A stretch of 64,000 bases of DNA from positions 15,661-79,660 of the forward strand of contig JAGWHY010000003.1 of assembly GCA_028873575.1 (NCBI GenBank), read 5' to 3'. Positions 1 through 9,016 of this stretch are shown here, piece by piece. The translations under genes and the position numbers were made by a program. The stretch's first letter is position 1, and each line of letters starts with the position of its first letter. A model generated the notes under the pieces. That model was not told where the DNA came from. It did no database searches and was given only the letters and a program-made list of their open reading frames with translations. Origin of the DNA: Acidobacteriota bacterium. Lineage in GTDB: Bacteria > Actinomycetota > Acidimicrobiia > Acidimicrobiales > RAAP-2.

Positions 1-786
1 CAGAACTACTTCACGCGACTGCTGCACTACCTGAGTCAGCTCGTATTTCACTTAAATCTGGGGCACTCGTATAAGCAGAGTCTGTCGGTGAATTCGATTA
101 TCGGCCTCTACGTGCCGCGCACGCTGTGGCTCGCTCTGAGTGCGTTGATTTTGACGGTGCTCATTGCCATTCCGCTTGGTATCTTCCAGGCTTCTCGTCG
201 CAACACCGTCGCGGACTACGCCGCGACGGGTACCGCCTTCGTGTTGTACGCGATGCCGGCCTTCTTGCTGTGCATCTTGGTGATTGACGCCTTCGGCTTC
301 CACGGCCCCCATTTGCCGATTTCACCGCCGTCGGGGGTCGCGCCTTGGGCGATCTTTACCGACCCCGTAGCCTTTATTTTGCCCGTGGGCTGCTTGACCT
401 TGCTCTCGGTCGCCGCCCTGAGTCGTTTTATGCGTGGCACGGTACTCGAGGTGCTTGTCCAGGACTACGTTCGCACGGCGCGCGCCAAAGGGTGCTCGCC
501 TCGCCGCGTTCTCTGGCGCCACGCGTTTCGTAACGCCCTCGGACCGATCGTCACCATCTTGGGTCTCTCAATCCCCGGCCTCATTGGGGGGGCACTCATC
601 ATCGAAGACGTCTTTAACTACTCGGGCCTTGGGGTTCAAACCATTAACGCCGCTTTGCAAGTTGACGTACCCACCATCTTGGGCATCACCCTGTTGGTGG
701 CGATTTTCACGCTCCTCGGCAACTTGATGGCGGACGTGGCCCTAAGCCTGGTTGATCCTCGAATCCGAATTGAGGGGAAACAGTGA
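1..786 (+). CDS. ABC peptide/nickel transporter permease (DppB/OppB family), 5' end outside the window
   Basis: The reading frame is open from nt 1 and in frame with the listed ORF 88..786. The translation is multi-TM and has the permease cytoplasmic loop (RTARAKGCSPRRVLWRHAFRNAL). Its stop overlaps the next permease start (GTGA at 783-786). Confidence 0.85.
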   Translation, partial: QNYFTRLLHYLSQLVFHLNLGHSYKQSLSVNSIIGLYVPRTLWLALSALILTVLIAIPLGIFQASRRNTVADYAATGTAFVLYAMPAFLLCILVIDAFGFHGPHLPISPPSGVAPWAIFTDPVAFILPVGCLTLLSVAALSRFMRGTVLEVLVQDYVRTARAKGCSPRRVLWRHAFRNALGPIVTILGLSIPGLIGGALIIEDVFNYSGLGVQTINAALQVDVPTILGITLLVAIFTLLGNLMADVALSLVDPRIRIEGKQ

Positions 787-1688
787 GTGACGTGATTAGC
801 GCCTTCGCGGCACCACTTGAAGACACGAAGCCCGTACCGATGTGGCGTCAGCGAGCGCGGATTTTCTTCGCCAATAAGCTCGCGATCGCGTCGGTGGTGT
901 ACGTTCTCTTGCTCACCATCGCGTGTTTTCTGGTCCCTCACCTACACCCGGTGAACGAGACCAACCAGGCGCTCGCCTTCAATAATCCTCAAAACGCCGC
1001 GCCGTCGAGCGCGCACTGGCTCGGGACGGACAACAACGGATTCGACGTGCTCGGCCGAATACTCTTCGGCGGCGAATACTCCCTCACTCTGGGTTTCTTG
1101 GCCGGCATTATCACGATTGTGGTCGGGACGCTCTACGGGATGATTGCGGGATTTTTCGGTGGTGTGATCGACACCGTCATGATGCGTCTCGTTGACTCGT
1201 TTCTCTCTATTCCCTACATCTTCTTACTCTTGACGTTGATTACCATCTTTGGTCGCTCGACCGTCTTTCTTATCTCCATCATCGGGTTTACGGGTTGGTG
1301 GGGCAACGCCCGAATCATCCGTGGTGACGCTCTATTGATTAAGCGTTTGGACTACGCCAACGCCTCAGTCTCCATGGGCGCGAATAAGTGGCACATCATT
1401 AGACGACACGTCTTTCCAAATTCGATCAGCAACATCGTCACCGTCGCGACGTTCTCCGTCGCGGACGCGATTCTCTTTCTTTCGGCTTTGGGATTCTTGG
1501 GCCTTGGTATCCAGTCACCGCAGACCGACTGGGGAACGATGCTCCAACTCGGTACCAATCAGATCCAAAATGGTTACTGGTGGGAGGTCTACCCCGTCGC
1601 GGTGGTCTTCATCTTGGTCGTCGTCTCCATCAACTACATTGGCGACGCTCTCCGTGACGCCTTCGAAGTTCGTCTCCTCGAGCGTTAA
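783..1688 (+). CDS. ABC peptide/nickel transporter permease (DppC/OppC family)
   Basis: 301 aa with an N-terminal TM segment, then GTDNNGFDVLGRILFG and ASVSMGANKWHIIRRHVFPNS, typical of the second permease of Dpp/Opp systems. Translationally coupled to the upstream permease. Confidence 0.85.
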   Translation: MSDVISAFAAPLEDTKPVPMWRQRARIFFANKLAIASVVYVLLLTIACFLVPHLHPVNETNQALAFNNPQNAAPSSAHWLGTDNNGFDVLGRILFGGEYSLTLGFLAGIITIVVGTLYGMIAGFFGGVIDTVMMRLVDSFLSIPYIFLLLTLITIFGRSTVFLISIIGFTGWWGNARIIRGDALLIKRLDYANASVSMGANKWHIIRRHVFPNSISNIVTVATFSVADAILFLSALGFLGLGIQSPQTDWGTMLQLGTNQIQNGYWWEVYPVAVVFILVVVSINYIGDALRDAFEVRLLER

Positions 1689-1875
1689 GCGTTCCGTCCC
1701 GTCAGTGGACTAGTTCGTGGAGGTCCGGACACGCCTTAGGAAGTGCCGCACGTGCTGACGACACGCCAACTCGACGGGCCCTGACCTGGCGGACGGTGAC
1801 GGGGATGAGAGAATGGGAGACGTTGGCGTTCGCCAGGCTCACACCGCTCGCATCGTTGCCCACCCAAGGACCGGA

Positions 1876-3726
1876 ATGAATATCTTTACGAAGCGCGGCA
1901 CTCCCAACAGGTTGCCGGTGGCGTCACGCCTCGCCGCTCGCGTACTGGTCGCCGCGGTCGTCCTCGCGGGTGCGTCCCTCACGGCGTTAGTTTCGTCACC
2001 AATAGCCCGCGCGTCGTCGTCAGAAATTCAGTTCGCGCAGGCCCCCGGCGCGAGTCCTACCGCTATCTTTCCCTACAACGACTGCCTGCACACCTCAACG
2101 AACAACGTTCAGCTCTTTCAGCAGTTGATGTACCGGCCCCTCTACTGGTTCGGTAAGGGTGCCTCACCCGCCCTGCAGCCCGCGCTCTCTCTGGCGCTCG
2201 CGCCTCGGACCAGTCACGGCGACCGGGTTTTCACTATTTCACTCAAGGGCTGGCGATTTAGTAACGGCCAGGTCGTCAACGCCGCGTCGGCGAAGTTTTT
2301 TCTCAATATTTATAAGGCGGATCCCTACTCGAACTGTTCGTACAATCCGGGCTTCGCCATCCCCGATCAACTCTCGTCCGTCAAAGCCGTTGGCACCACG
2401 TTGACGCTCACGTTCTCGTCGCCGCAGAACCCAATCTCGGTCCTCGATAACTATCTCTCGCAGATTACGCCCCTACCCCTCGATTGGTCGCGCGTGGCGA
2501 GCGGGCCCGCGCCGACGTGCGCGCTCGGTGCCTACGGCGCGAAGGTGACTGACGCGTCGTGTCTCCTCGTTCGTAGCTACCTCGCCACTCTCGGTACGCA
2601 GACCTCCACCTTCACCAATAGTTTCTGGCAGTCCGGCGTCGACGGGCCGTGGACACTACGCGCCTTTTCGAGCAACGGAAGCGCCACGTTCGGCGCAAAT
2701 CCACGGTATTCGGGACCCGATCGACCCCGAGTCGCGACCCTGCGCGAGGTGGCCTACTCCTCGGCGAGCAGTGAACTCACCGACCTCCAGAGTCACGCCT
2801 TAAGTGTGGGCTACGTCGACCCCTCAGCTATTCCTTCGCGCGCGTCGAACACGAAGGGTCCGCGAACCAACCTCCCGTCCCTCAATTCGTACTACTCGGT
2901 GGCCTCCCTCGCGCCTTGGGGGTTCAACGACGCTATTTTGAACTTTTCCAGCGCGAACCCGAACGCCGTTCTCCTCAAACAGCTCTACGTTCGCCAAGCG
3001 CTCCAAATGGGCATCAATCAGCCGACGCTGATCCACAGCGTCTACAACGACTTCGCGGTGCCCTCGACGAGTCCGCTGCCCTTGTCGACTCCTGCGGCGC
3101 TCGCGGCGAGTGTCGCGAACCTCTACCCCTTTGATCTCAACGGCGCCCAGGCGCTCTTGAAGACCCACGGCTGGACGCTCAGTGGCGCGACGTGGACCTG
3201 TCAGCGTCCCGGCGTGAACGCCGACGAGTGTGGTTCCGGCATCGCCGCCAACAGACCGCTCACGCTCAACGTCGTGTGGGCCAGCGGCTCCCCCACTACG
3301 GACACCATGATGCGCGCCGAAGTCGCCGCGTGGACTCAGATCGGCTTCCAGGTCACGACGATCATCGATACTCCGAATAACGCGATGACCGATTGCCACG
3401 ACGCCGCGATCGGCGATCTCTGCTACCTCGGCGGTGGATGGAACTACGCACCCTTTATGTTCCCGAGCGGCGAACAGCTCTTCTCCTCACAGGGCGTCGC
3501 TAACTTCGGCTCCTACAGCGACCCCGCGATGAACGCGCTGATCACGCGATCGCTCGTCGCGCCCGGCACACTGAGCGCGTACGCGAAGTACGCCGCCTCT
3601 CAGCTCCCCGTCCTCTACGAACCCGACGCCACGTCGCTCTACGAGATCGCGAAGAGTCTTCGAGGTGTTGACGGTGCAGTCCTGAGTCCGGTCGGAACTT
3701 TCACGCCCGAGTTCTGGTCGAACTAA
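1876..3726 (+). CDS. Extracellular solute-binding protein, family 5 (peptide/nickel type)
   Basis: ORF 1813..3726. The preferred ATG is at 1876 (MNIFTKRG...), followed by a hydrophobic signal peptide (VLVAAVVLAGASLTALVSSPIARA). The ~600-aa mature size and position just after the two permeases fit an SBP. No lipobox Cys. Confidence 0.7.
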   Translation: MNIFTKRGTPNRLPVASRLAARVLVAAVVLAGASLTALVSSPIARASSSEIQFAQAPGASPTAIFPYNDCLHTSTNNVQLFQQLMYRPLYWFGKGASPALQPALSLALAPRTSHGDRVFTISLKGWRFSNGQVVNAASAKFFLNIYKADPYSNCSYNPGFAIPDQLSSVKAVGTTLTLTFSSPQNPISVLDNYLSQITPLPLDWSRVASGPAPTCALGAYGAKVTDASCLLVRSYLATLGTQTSTFTNSFWQSGVDGPWTLRAFSSNGSATFGANPRYSGPDRPRVATLREVAYSSASSELTDLQSHALSVGYVDPSAIPSRASNTKGPRTNLPSLNSYYSVASLAPWGFNDAILNFSSANPNAVLLKQLYVRQALQMGINQPTLIHSVYNDFAVPSTSPLPLSTPAALAASVANLYPFDLNGAQALLKTHGWTLSGATWTCQRPGVNADECGSGIAANRPLTLNVVWASGSPTTDTMMRAEVAAWTQIGFQVTTIIDTPNNAMTDCHDAAIGDLCYLGGGWNYAPFMFPSGEQLFSSQGVANFGSYSDPAMNALITRSLVAPGTLSAYAKYAASQLPVLYEPDATSLYEIAKSLRGVDGAVLSPVGTFTPEFWSN

Positions 3727-3735
3727 GACGGCGGC

Positions 3736-5763
3736 TCAGCTGTTGGACGACGCCGCGCCAATCGAGACTGGTTGACGTAACGGGAAATGGCAAGCGGCCT
3801 GGTGCGACGGACCAAACGCCTCCATCAGCGGTTCCACGTTGGCGCACACGTCTTGGGCCCGTGGGCAACGCGTACGGAAACGACATCCCGACGGCGGATG
3901 AACGGGCGAGGGTAGCTCGCCACGAACCTTGAGGCCACGACGGCGCGCCGCCTCGGCAGGGTTCGGCGTCGGGACCGAATCGAGAAGGCCCTGGGTGTAG
4001 GGATGCGCCGGCGAGCGGAACACGGATTCGGCGTCACCGATTTCCACAATTTTGCCGAGGTACATGACGGCAATCGTGTCGGCCATGTAATACACCACCG
4101 CCAAGTCGTGACTGACGAAGACGTAGGTAACGTTGTGCTCGCGCTGGAGCCCCTTCATCAGGTTCAAAATCTGCGCCTGAATGGAGACATCGAGCGCCGA
4201 AACGGGCTCGTCGGCGACGATCAACTTCGGGTTGAGGGCCAGGGCACGGGCCAGGCCAATGCGCTGGCGCTGGCCACCGGAGAACTCGTGCGGGTACCGG
4301 TCAGCCGCACGACGATCGAGCCCGACGACGTCGAGGAGTTCATAGACCCTTGCTTGACGATCGGCACTTGAACCTTCCTTTTGCACGAGCAGCGGCTCGG
4401 CCAAGATGTCGTTCACCTTCATGCGCGGATTGAGTGAGGAGTAGGGATCCTGGAACATCATTTGACGATCGCGTTGCGTGGCTCGTGAGGTTTTGTAGTT
4501 CTTCGCCGTGACGACCTCATCGTCGAAGGTGATTTGACCACTCGTCAGAGGCTCGAGGCCCACCAGCATTCGGCCGATCGTCGTCTTGCCACAGCCCGAC
4601 TCGCCCACCAAGCCGAACGTCTCACCCTCGTTGATCGAAAAGTTGACGCCCGAGACAGCGTGAATCGCGCCCACTTGATGGCGGATAAAGCCGGCCTTGA
4701 TAGGAAACTCCTTGACCAAGTTCTCCGCACGCAACAGTTCGCGACGCGACGCGTCACGAATGACGACCGATTCGGGCCGCGTCACGACCGGCAACGGACC
4801 GTCGACCGGGTGAAAGCACGCGTAGAGTCGGTCGCCATCTGTCGTTAGCGGTGGATCCGTGGCGAAACACTGCTCCGTCGCGCGACTGCAACGCGGCGCA
4901 AATCGACAACCGACGATTTCCTTCGTGAGGTCCGGTGGAAGTCCCGGAATTGAAGAAAGTTCGTGCTTGGACGTATTCTCCAGGTTCGGCATCGAGGCGA
5001 GCAGCGACTGGGTGTAGGGGTGACGCATCGTCGAAAAGAGTTCCGTCGTGCTGGCCTCTTCGGCCTTCTTGCCGGCGTACATTACGGCGACGCGGTCGGT
5101 GCGACCAGCGATCACACCCATGTCGTGCGTGATCAGAATCACGCCCATGTTGAGTTCTCGACGAAGATTGTCAATGATGTCGAGGATTTGCGCCTGAATC
5201 GTCACGTCAAGGGCCGTGGTTGGTTCGTCGGCGATGAGCAATTTGGGATTGCACACGAGGGCCATCGCGATAATCACTCGCTGACGTAGACCACCGGAAA
5301 GTTCGAACGGGTACTGATTTAACCGTTCGACCGGATTAGGCATGTCCACCATCTCGAGCACTTCGAGTGCTCGCTTCTTCGCCTCGGCGTCACTCGCGCC
5401 GTGGTGAATGCGAAGTCCCTCGCCAATCTGACGACCAATCTTGGAGGTTGGGTTGAGTGAGCTCATCGGGTCCTGAGGAATGAGCGCGACGCTTCGACCC
5501 CGGTACGACTGCATTTCTTTTTCTGAAATTGTGCTGAGGTCGACACCCTCGAGCATGATCGACCCGCCCGCGATTCGCCCATTAGTGGGGAGCAGGCGCA
5601 TGATCGAAAGCCCCGTCGTGGTTTTGCCACAGCCCGATTCACCCACTAGACCTACGCATTCGCCGGCTTGCAGCGTAAGAGAAAAATCATCCACTGCCGT
5701 CGCGAACGACTTACGAGACGCGAATTGAACCTTCAGATTCTGTATGGTCAAGAGGGAAGACAT
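3736..5763 (-). CDS. Fused double ABC ATPase of the peptide transporter (DppD-DppF type)
   Basis: 675 aa with two complete ATPase modules. Walker [10 protein letters not shown] occurs twice. Signatures are LSGGLRQR and FSGGQRQR. Walker B motifs are [12 protein letters not shown] and [12 protein letters not shown]. Oligopeptide-type C-terminal Cys motifs are GCRFAPRC and GCRFRTRC. Confidence 0.9.
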   Translation of the reverse strand: MSSLLTIQNLKVQFASRKSFATAVDDFSLTLQAGECVGLVGESGCGKTTTGLSIMRLLPTNGRIAGGSIMLEGVDLSTISEKEMQSYRGRSVALIPQDPMSSLNPTSKIGRQIGEGLRIHHGASDAEAKKRALEVLEMVDMPNPVERLNQYPFELSGGLRQRVIIAMALVCNPKLLIADEPTTALDVTIQAQILDIIDNLRRELNMGVILITHDMGVIAGRTDRVAVMYAGKKAEEASTTELFSTMRHPYTQSLLASMPNLENTSKHELSSIPGLPPDLTKEIVGCRFAPRCSRATEQCFATDPPLTTDGDRLYACFHPVDGPLPVVTRPESVVIRDASRRELLRAENLVKEFPIKAGFIRHQVGAIHAVSGVNFSINEGETFGLVGESGCGKTTIGRMLVGLEPLTSGQITFDDEVVTAKNYKTSRATQRDRQMMFQDPYSSLNPRMKVNDILAEPLLVQKEGSSADRQARVYELLDVVGLDRRAADRYPHEFSGGQRQRIGLARALALNPKLIVADEPVSALDVSIQAQILNLMKGLQREHNVTYVFVSHDLAVVYYMADTIAVMYLGKIVEIGDAESVFRSPAHPYTQGLLDSVPTPNPAEAARRRGLKVRGELPSPVHPPSGCRFRTRCPRAQDVCANVEPLMEAFGPSHQAACHFPLRQPVSIGAASSNS

Positions 5764-5833
5764 AACCTCGCAATCCTAGTCAATCACCCGTAAATCGCCC
5801 GTTCACGAGGACGTGATCAAGATGAACTTTTAC

Positions 5834-6511
5834 TCACAAATTTGGATATTTCTCAGGTAACCGCCACGTCACCCGATGATGACCGCTGACGCCGAGACGA
5901 CGAAGCGCCAACAAATGCTGTGGCGTTCCGTATCCCTTGTTCTTGCCCCACCCGTAGAGGTCGTCACCACCTCCCAACTCGCGCATCAGGGCATCACGCT
6001 CAACTTTGGCGAGAACGGAAGCCGCGGCGATCAACGCGCTGCGCGAATCCCCCCGGACGATCGTCGTCACGCGGGCGCGATTAGCTTGAAGTTCTCGTGG
6101 CACGTCCGCCCCCAGGTCCCACATGGTTTCGGTGGACAGAAAATCCGTCGCGCCGTCCAAGAGAATGTCGGTCGGCGAAGTTCGCAACTTCTCTAACGCT
6201 CGATTCGCCGCGACCCGCAACGCCACCGTGAGACCTAATTCGTCGACCTCGCGCGCACTGGCCGCCCCGACCGCGAAGTCGTCGCACCATTCCGTGATAC
6301 GCGGCACTAACTGCTCACGTTGACGTGGGCGAAGACGCTTCGAATCATCGAGACCTGACGGCACGTCGCGTTCCTGACGCAGAAGCACTGCGCCGACCAT
6401 TAGCGGACCGGCGAGCGCGCCACGTCCGACCTCGTCGAGGCCCACGATGACCGCACCTTTTTGCCAAAGTGGTCGCTCGAAAGCCAGTAAGTCCCTTTCG
6501 GCGCTCAGCAC
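5834..6511 (-). CDS. rnhB: Ribonuclease HII
   Basis: 225 aa with GLDEVGRGALAGPLMVGAV (catalytic D-E), DDSKRL, and a C-terminal GYGTPQH region. Size and motif order match RNase HII. Confidence 0.85.
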   Translation of the reverse strand: MLSAERDLLAFERPLWQKGAVIVGLDEVGRGALAGPLMVGAVLLRQERDVPSGLDDSKRLRPRQREQLVPRITEWCDDFAVGAASAREVDELGLTVALRVAANRALEKLRTSPTDILLDGATDFLSTETMWDLGADVPRELQANRARVTTIVRGDSRSALIAAASVLAKVERDALMRELGGGDDLYGWGKNKGYGTPQHLLALRRLGVSGHHRVTWRLPEKYPNL

Positions 6512-6554
6512 GACTTCAGCGTAATCTCACCGTGAACTCCTACGATGGACCGAT

Positions 6555-7094
6555 ATGTCACTCGCGATCGTCGTTCCGTTGCGCGACTTCTCTCTCGCCA
6601 AGGAACGCCTGCGCTCGCGCGGCGTCAGTGACGTCACGGACTTGGCTCGTCAACTCGCCTCCGGCGTGCTTCGCGCGTGCCCACCTCGACCCACGTACGT
6701 GGTGACCGAAAGCGACGACGTGGAGCGCTTCGCCGAGGAGCTCGGCGCGGAGGTTCTGCGTCCGACGACGTTCTCGTTGAATGACGCGGTGACGTTTGCG
6801 TACCGTACGCTCGCCGCGCGTTACGAACAACTCATGATCGTGCACGGTGATCTCAAAAATCCCGAAGGTCTAGGAGCGTACGTACCCCCGGCGCACGTCA
6901 CTGTTTTCACGGATCACGTGGCGGACGGAACGAACGTCCTCGTCGTTCCCACGGGATACGACTTTCACTTCGGATACGGACCGCGTTCCAAAACGCACCA
7001 CGTCAGCGAAGCGAGCCGACTTGGTCTCGCGGTGAGCGTGATTGAAAATAGCCCTTGGCGCTTCGACGTCGACGAGCCGTCGGACCTCGCGTAA
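6555..7094 (+). CDS. CofC/FbiD-like 2-phospho-L-lactate (or PEP) guanylyltransferase family protein
   Basis: 179 aa. N-terminal AIVVPLRDFSLAKERL, central IVHGDL, then ADGTNVLVV, FGYGPRS..H, and C-terminal FDVDEPSDL. This reproduces the CofC motif order (VPxK..AKxRL / GDLP / DGTN / FG..S..H / D.D.p.DL). The assignment rests on motif order only. Confidence 0.5.
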   Translation: MSLAIVVPLRDFSLAKERLRSRGVSDVTDLARQLASGVLRACPPRPTYVVTESDDVERFAEELGAEVLRPTTFSLNDAVTFAYRTLAARYEQLMIVHGDLKNPEGLGAYVPPAHVTVFTDHVADGTNVLVVPTGYDFHFGYGPRSKTHHVSEASRLGLAVSVIENSPWRFDVDEPSDLA

Positions 7095-7106
7095 GCGTCT
7101 AGACAG

Positions 7107-7139
7107 CATTCGAGGGGGTCACGAAGACCCCCTCGAATG
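7107..7139. terminator. Perfect 14-bp stem / 5-nt loop hairpin between convergent genes (bidirectional terminator candidate)
   Basis: cattcgagggggtc-acgaa-gaccccctcgaatg lies in the 62-bp gap between the stop of the CofC-like gene (7094) and the stop of the Lys/Ala-rich gene (7157). Confidence 0.6.
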
Positions 7140-7156
7140 ACGAACGCGTGAAGAAA

Positions 7157-7429
7157 CTACTTCTTCTTCGCAGCCTTCTTGGCCGGAGCCTTCTTAGCCG
7201 GAGCCTTCTTAGCGGGCGCCTTCTTGACGGCCTTCTTTACTGCCTTCTTAGCTGCCTTCTTGGCCGGAGCCTTCTTCGCAACCTTCTTCGCAGCAGCCTT
7301 CTTGGCGGGCGCCTTCTTGACGGCCTTCTTTACTGCCTTCTTAGCTGCCTTCTTGGCCGGAGCCTTCTTCGCAACCTTCTTCGCAGCAGCCTTCTTGGCA
7401 GGCGCCTTCTTCTTCGCGGCAGTAGCCAC
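7157..7429 (-). CDS. Lys/Ala-rich histone-H1-tail-like (AKKA/PAKKA repeat) putative nucleoid-associated protein
   Basis: The listed ORF is 7157..7456. A GTG at 7429 is preceded by a perfect AAGGAGGG RBS (7433-7440) and is the preferred start. The product is about 90 aa and almost entirely A/K/P/V repeats (KKAPAKKAAAKKVAKK...). No globular domain is visible. Confidence 0.6.
   Translation of the reverse strand: MATAAKKKAPAKKAAAKKVAKKAPAKKAAKKAVKKAVKKAPAKKAAAKKVAKKAPAKKAAKKAVKKAVKKAPAKKAPAKKAPAKKAAKKK
7212..7397. repeat. Perfect 93-bp (31-codon) tandem duplication inside the Lys/Ala-rich gene
   Basis: Unit gcgggcgccttcttgacggccttctttactgcc...cagcagccttcttg occurs at 7212-7304 and again, identical as far as I can read it, at 7305-7397. 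A diverged partial third copy follows (gcaggcgccttctt). Confidence 0.85.
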
Positions 7430-7732
7430 TTTCCCTCCTTGGGACTCATCGTTCAATCAAACGGGAACCACGAAAACACCACCTTGGTGCAGTCGATGCA
7501 GGAACCACTTTGATGACGCGAACTCGCTCATGCCTCGCCCAACCTCGCGGTTGTGCGCCGACTGATCGCAGTGCACGGTCCACCGCGGAGAAGCGTCGCG
7601 AGCAACGATGCGCACAGCGTCGCTCACTACGTGGACCTCCTCCGCAGAAGGACAGAACAAAGTTCAGTCGTAATTGAGACCAATGTCAAGTATTTCGACG
7701 ACTTTTACGACCGATGGTTGACGATGAAAAAT

Positions 7733-9016
7733 TTTGGAGGCATCTACCTCGGTCGCGGTGAGCGTGGCGACGCGCGCAGTGGCGATCAACATTCGACGTT
7801 GGTCCTTGGCCCCACGCGCAGTGGCAAGACGACGAGTGTGATTATTCCCAACCTTCTCACGACCTCCAGTCCCGCCGTGATTACGTCGACGAAGGACGAC
7901 GTCGTGCGCCAATTGGCGGACGCGCGTCGCGACGGCGCGACGCTGCTGTTCGATCCTTCCGGCACGGTGCCGACCCCCAAAGGCGTGCACCGCGTTGGCT
8001 ACTCGCCAATCCGCCAGGCACGCGAGTGGGACGGCGCGGTGCTGGTCGCGCGAGGGTTGCTCGACGTTGCCCGACGACAAAGCGTCCATCGTGGCGACGA
8101 TCACTGGAGTGAACGTGCTGGTGCGTTAGTCGCGCCCTTGCTGCACGCCGCGGCGCTCAGCGACGAATCCCTCGGCCAACTCGCGACGCGCGTCGACGCG
8201 CGTCGCTACGAAGACTTCGCGCAACTCTTAGACGATCGCTACGGCGAGTTTCATCCGGCCGTTTCGCTCTTGCGCGGTGTGCTGGCCACGGAGGAGCGAG
8301 AGCGCTCGAGTATCTGGTCCAGCGCGGCGGGGCTCTTCGCCGGCGTACGGACCGAGGCGGCTCGTCACGCCGCGCGTGAGGCGCCGCTCGACGTCACGAG
8401 TTTTCTCAGTGGTCCCCACCAGTTACACGTCGTCTCACCAAGCCGACACCAAGCAGTGACGACCCCGCTCGTCGTGGGTCTCATTGAAGAACTCGTCCAC
8501 GCCACCTACGACCGATCCAGCTCCGGCGCCACGCTTCTACTCGCCCTCGACGAACTAGCGAACGTGGCTCCCCTGCCGCGGCTGGCCAGCATCGTCTCCG
8601 AAGGTGCCGGTCAGGGCGTCTTGACTCTCGCGTGCCTGCAGGACTTGAGCCAGGCCCGGGCGCGTTGGGGAGCCACGGCCGACGGTTTTCTCTCCCTCTT
8701 TCCTACGACCCTCGTCCTGCCCGGCATCGCCGACCGAGAGACGCTGCTGCAACTCCAACGTTTCGCCGGTCGCCACTTGGTCGAGACCACCACGGCCCAA
8801 CGTGACGCCAAGGGTCGCCTGCGCGGTCACGCGACCGGTCAGCTCGAACGCGACGTGTTGAGTATCGCCGAGCTCACCCAGGGGCGCCCGGGGCACGCCC
8901 TCGGACTCGACGAGCGCAACCGGGTGCGCTGGATTGAGCTCACGCCCGCCTATCGGGACGCCCGATTCCGCCGTCACCTCGAGCGACCTTCGCGCGAGTA
9001 TTCGCGCGAGCGCTGA
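7733..9016 (+). CDS. VirD4/TraG-type (type IV coupling protein-like) P-loop ATPase lacking a membrane anchor
   Basis: ORF 7553..9016, with the ATG at 7733 preferred. Motifs are HSTLVLGPTRSGKTTSVIIPNLL (Walker A in the T4CP context) and LLLALDELANVAPLP (Walker B). There is no hydrophobic stretch anywhere in the ORF, including the in-frame upstream extension. Confidence 0.65.
   Translation, partial: FGGIYLGRGERGDARSGDQHSTLVLGPTRSGKTTSVIIPNLLTTSSPAVITSTKDDVVRQLADARRDGATLLFDPSGTVPTPKGVHRVGYSPIRQAREWDGAVLVARGLLDVARRQSVHRGDDHWSERAGALVAPLLHAAALSDESLGQLATRVDARRYEDFAQLLDDRYGEFHPAVSLLRGVLATEERERSSIWSSAAGLFAGVRTEAARHAAREAPLDVTSFLSGPHQLHVVSPSRHQAVTTPLVVGLIEELVHATYDRSSSGATLLLALDELANVAPLPRLASIVSEGAGQGVLTLACLQDLSQARARWGATADGFLSLFPTTLVLPGIADRETLLQLQRFAGRHLVETTTAQRDAKGRLRGHATGQLERDVLSIAELTQGRPGHALGLDERNRVRWIELTPAYRDARFRRHLERPSREYSRER

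Noticed and set aside
83-104. TGTCGGTG-N8-TATCGG, which resembles the PafBC-dependent RecA-NDp promoter motif (TGTCGGTG-N8-TAnnnT).
   Set aside because: It lies inside the permease coding sequence. The last base of the -10-like hexamer is G rather than T, and no gene start follows. A similar partial match at about 29492 is also intragenic. Most likely chance.
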